Shown in pieces: positions 15,062-15,285 of a DNA stretch of 15,285 bases (its first letter is position 1; each line of letters opens with the position of its first letter). Where the stretch lies: assembly GCA_050293845.1 (NCBI GenBank), contig JBNKNM010000126.1:1-15285 (forward strand), given 5' to 3'. The position numbers and the translations under genes are program-made. Source of the DNA: Pseudobacteriovorax sp. Lineage in GTDB: Bacteria; Bdellovibrionota_B; Oligoflexia; Oligoflexales; Oligoflexaceae. Under the pieces are notes generated by a model. That model had not been told where the DNA came from. It saw only the letters and a list, made by a program, of their open reading frames with translations, and made no database searches.

Positions 15062-15285
15062 TTAGTCCTTAGAGCGCTTAACAACAACGGACCTGTCGTT
15101 ACCCTCGCCTCGAGATATAGACTCGAAACCTTGAGAAATGGCGTGTTTATGCTGCAGGCGTCGATAAAAACTATTGGTAGGTGATAGTACTACTTCTTCT
15201 AGAGAGTTGTCCTTTTTGAGTTTTTTGACGGCATTATTGACGTCAATCAAGGCATTTTTTTCACGATTGATGGAAGTACGGCGGT
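15062..15285 (-). CDS. 3' end of an R3H-domain protein (5'-truncated by the window edge)
   Basis: The frame stays open to the window edge (..RRTSINREKNALIDVNNAV..). It contains 'L.PTNSFYRRLQH' (RxxxH) and 'S.S.GEG..R.VVV', typical of R3H nucleic-acid-binding domains. The stop is 3 nt before the SDR start. Confidence 0.8.
   Translation of the reverse strand, partial: RRTSINREKNALIDVNNAVKKLKKDNSLEEVVLSPTNSFYRRLQHKHAISQGFESISRGEGNDRSVVVKRSKD

Noticed and set aside
15062..15250. Stand-alone 62-aa R3H protein as given by the ORF track
   Set aside because: The frame is open to the window edge, so the TTG at 15250 is probably an internal Leu of a longer protein.
1..15285. Mobile elements, CRISPR arrays, tRNA/rRNA, defence systems
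   Set aside because: No transposase/integrase motifs, regularly spaced repeats, cloverleaf or defence-type domains were seen; gene content is mostly housekeeping.

Overview
A gene-dense (about 45% GC by eye) bacterial chromosomal segment with 13 complete CDSs and one CDS cut by the right edge. I found no mobile element, CRISPR array, rRNA or tRNA. Gene order: S66 LD-carboxypeptidase (-), GT9 heptosyltransferase-like protein (+), divergent DUF3050/heme-oxygenase-like protein (+), HAD phosphatase (-), ClpC-type Hsp100 ATPase (+), MerR/excisionase-type HTH plus coiled-coil protein (+), queA (-), a 718-aa LuxE-LuxC fusion (-), scpA-scpB-rluB-FAH (+), YdfG-like SDR (-), partial R3H-domain protein (-). 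Gene content suggests a Gram-negative host, perhaps Bdellovibrionota/Oligoflexia-like; that is inference only. The most unusual item is a single-chain LuxE (acyl-protein synthetase)-LuxC (acyl-CoA reductase-like) fusion. It has no luxAB/luxD in the window, sits 7 nt upstream of queA, and carries a perfect Shine-Dalgarno sequence in its inter-domain linker. Two adjacent co-oriented enzymes appear to have lost canonical catalytic residues: the GT9 lacks both conserved Asp residues and the DUF3050 lacks the distal diiron ligands. Also notable are an 18-bp perfect palindrome and a structured spacer upstream of the HTH gene, an anti-SD hairpin in the HAD/ClpC spacer, and long acidic extensions on ScpB. 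All family assignments come from motif recognition by eye, not database searches.
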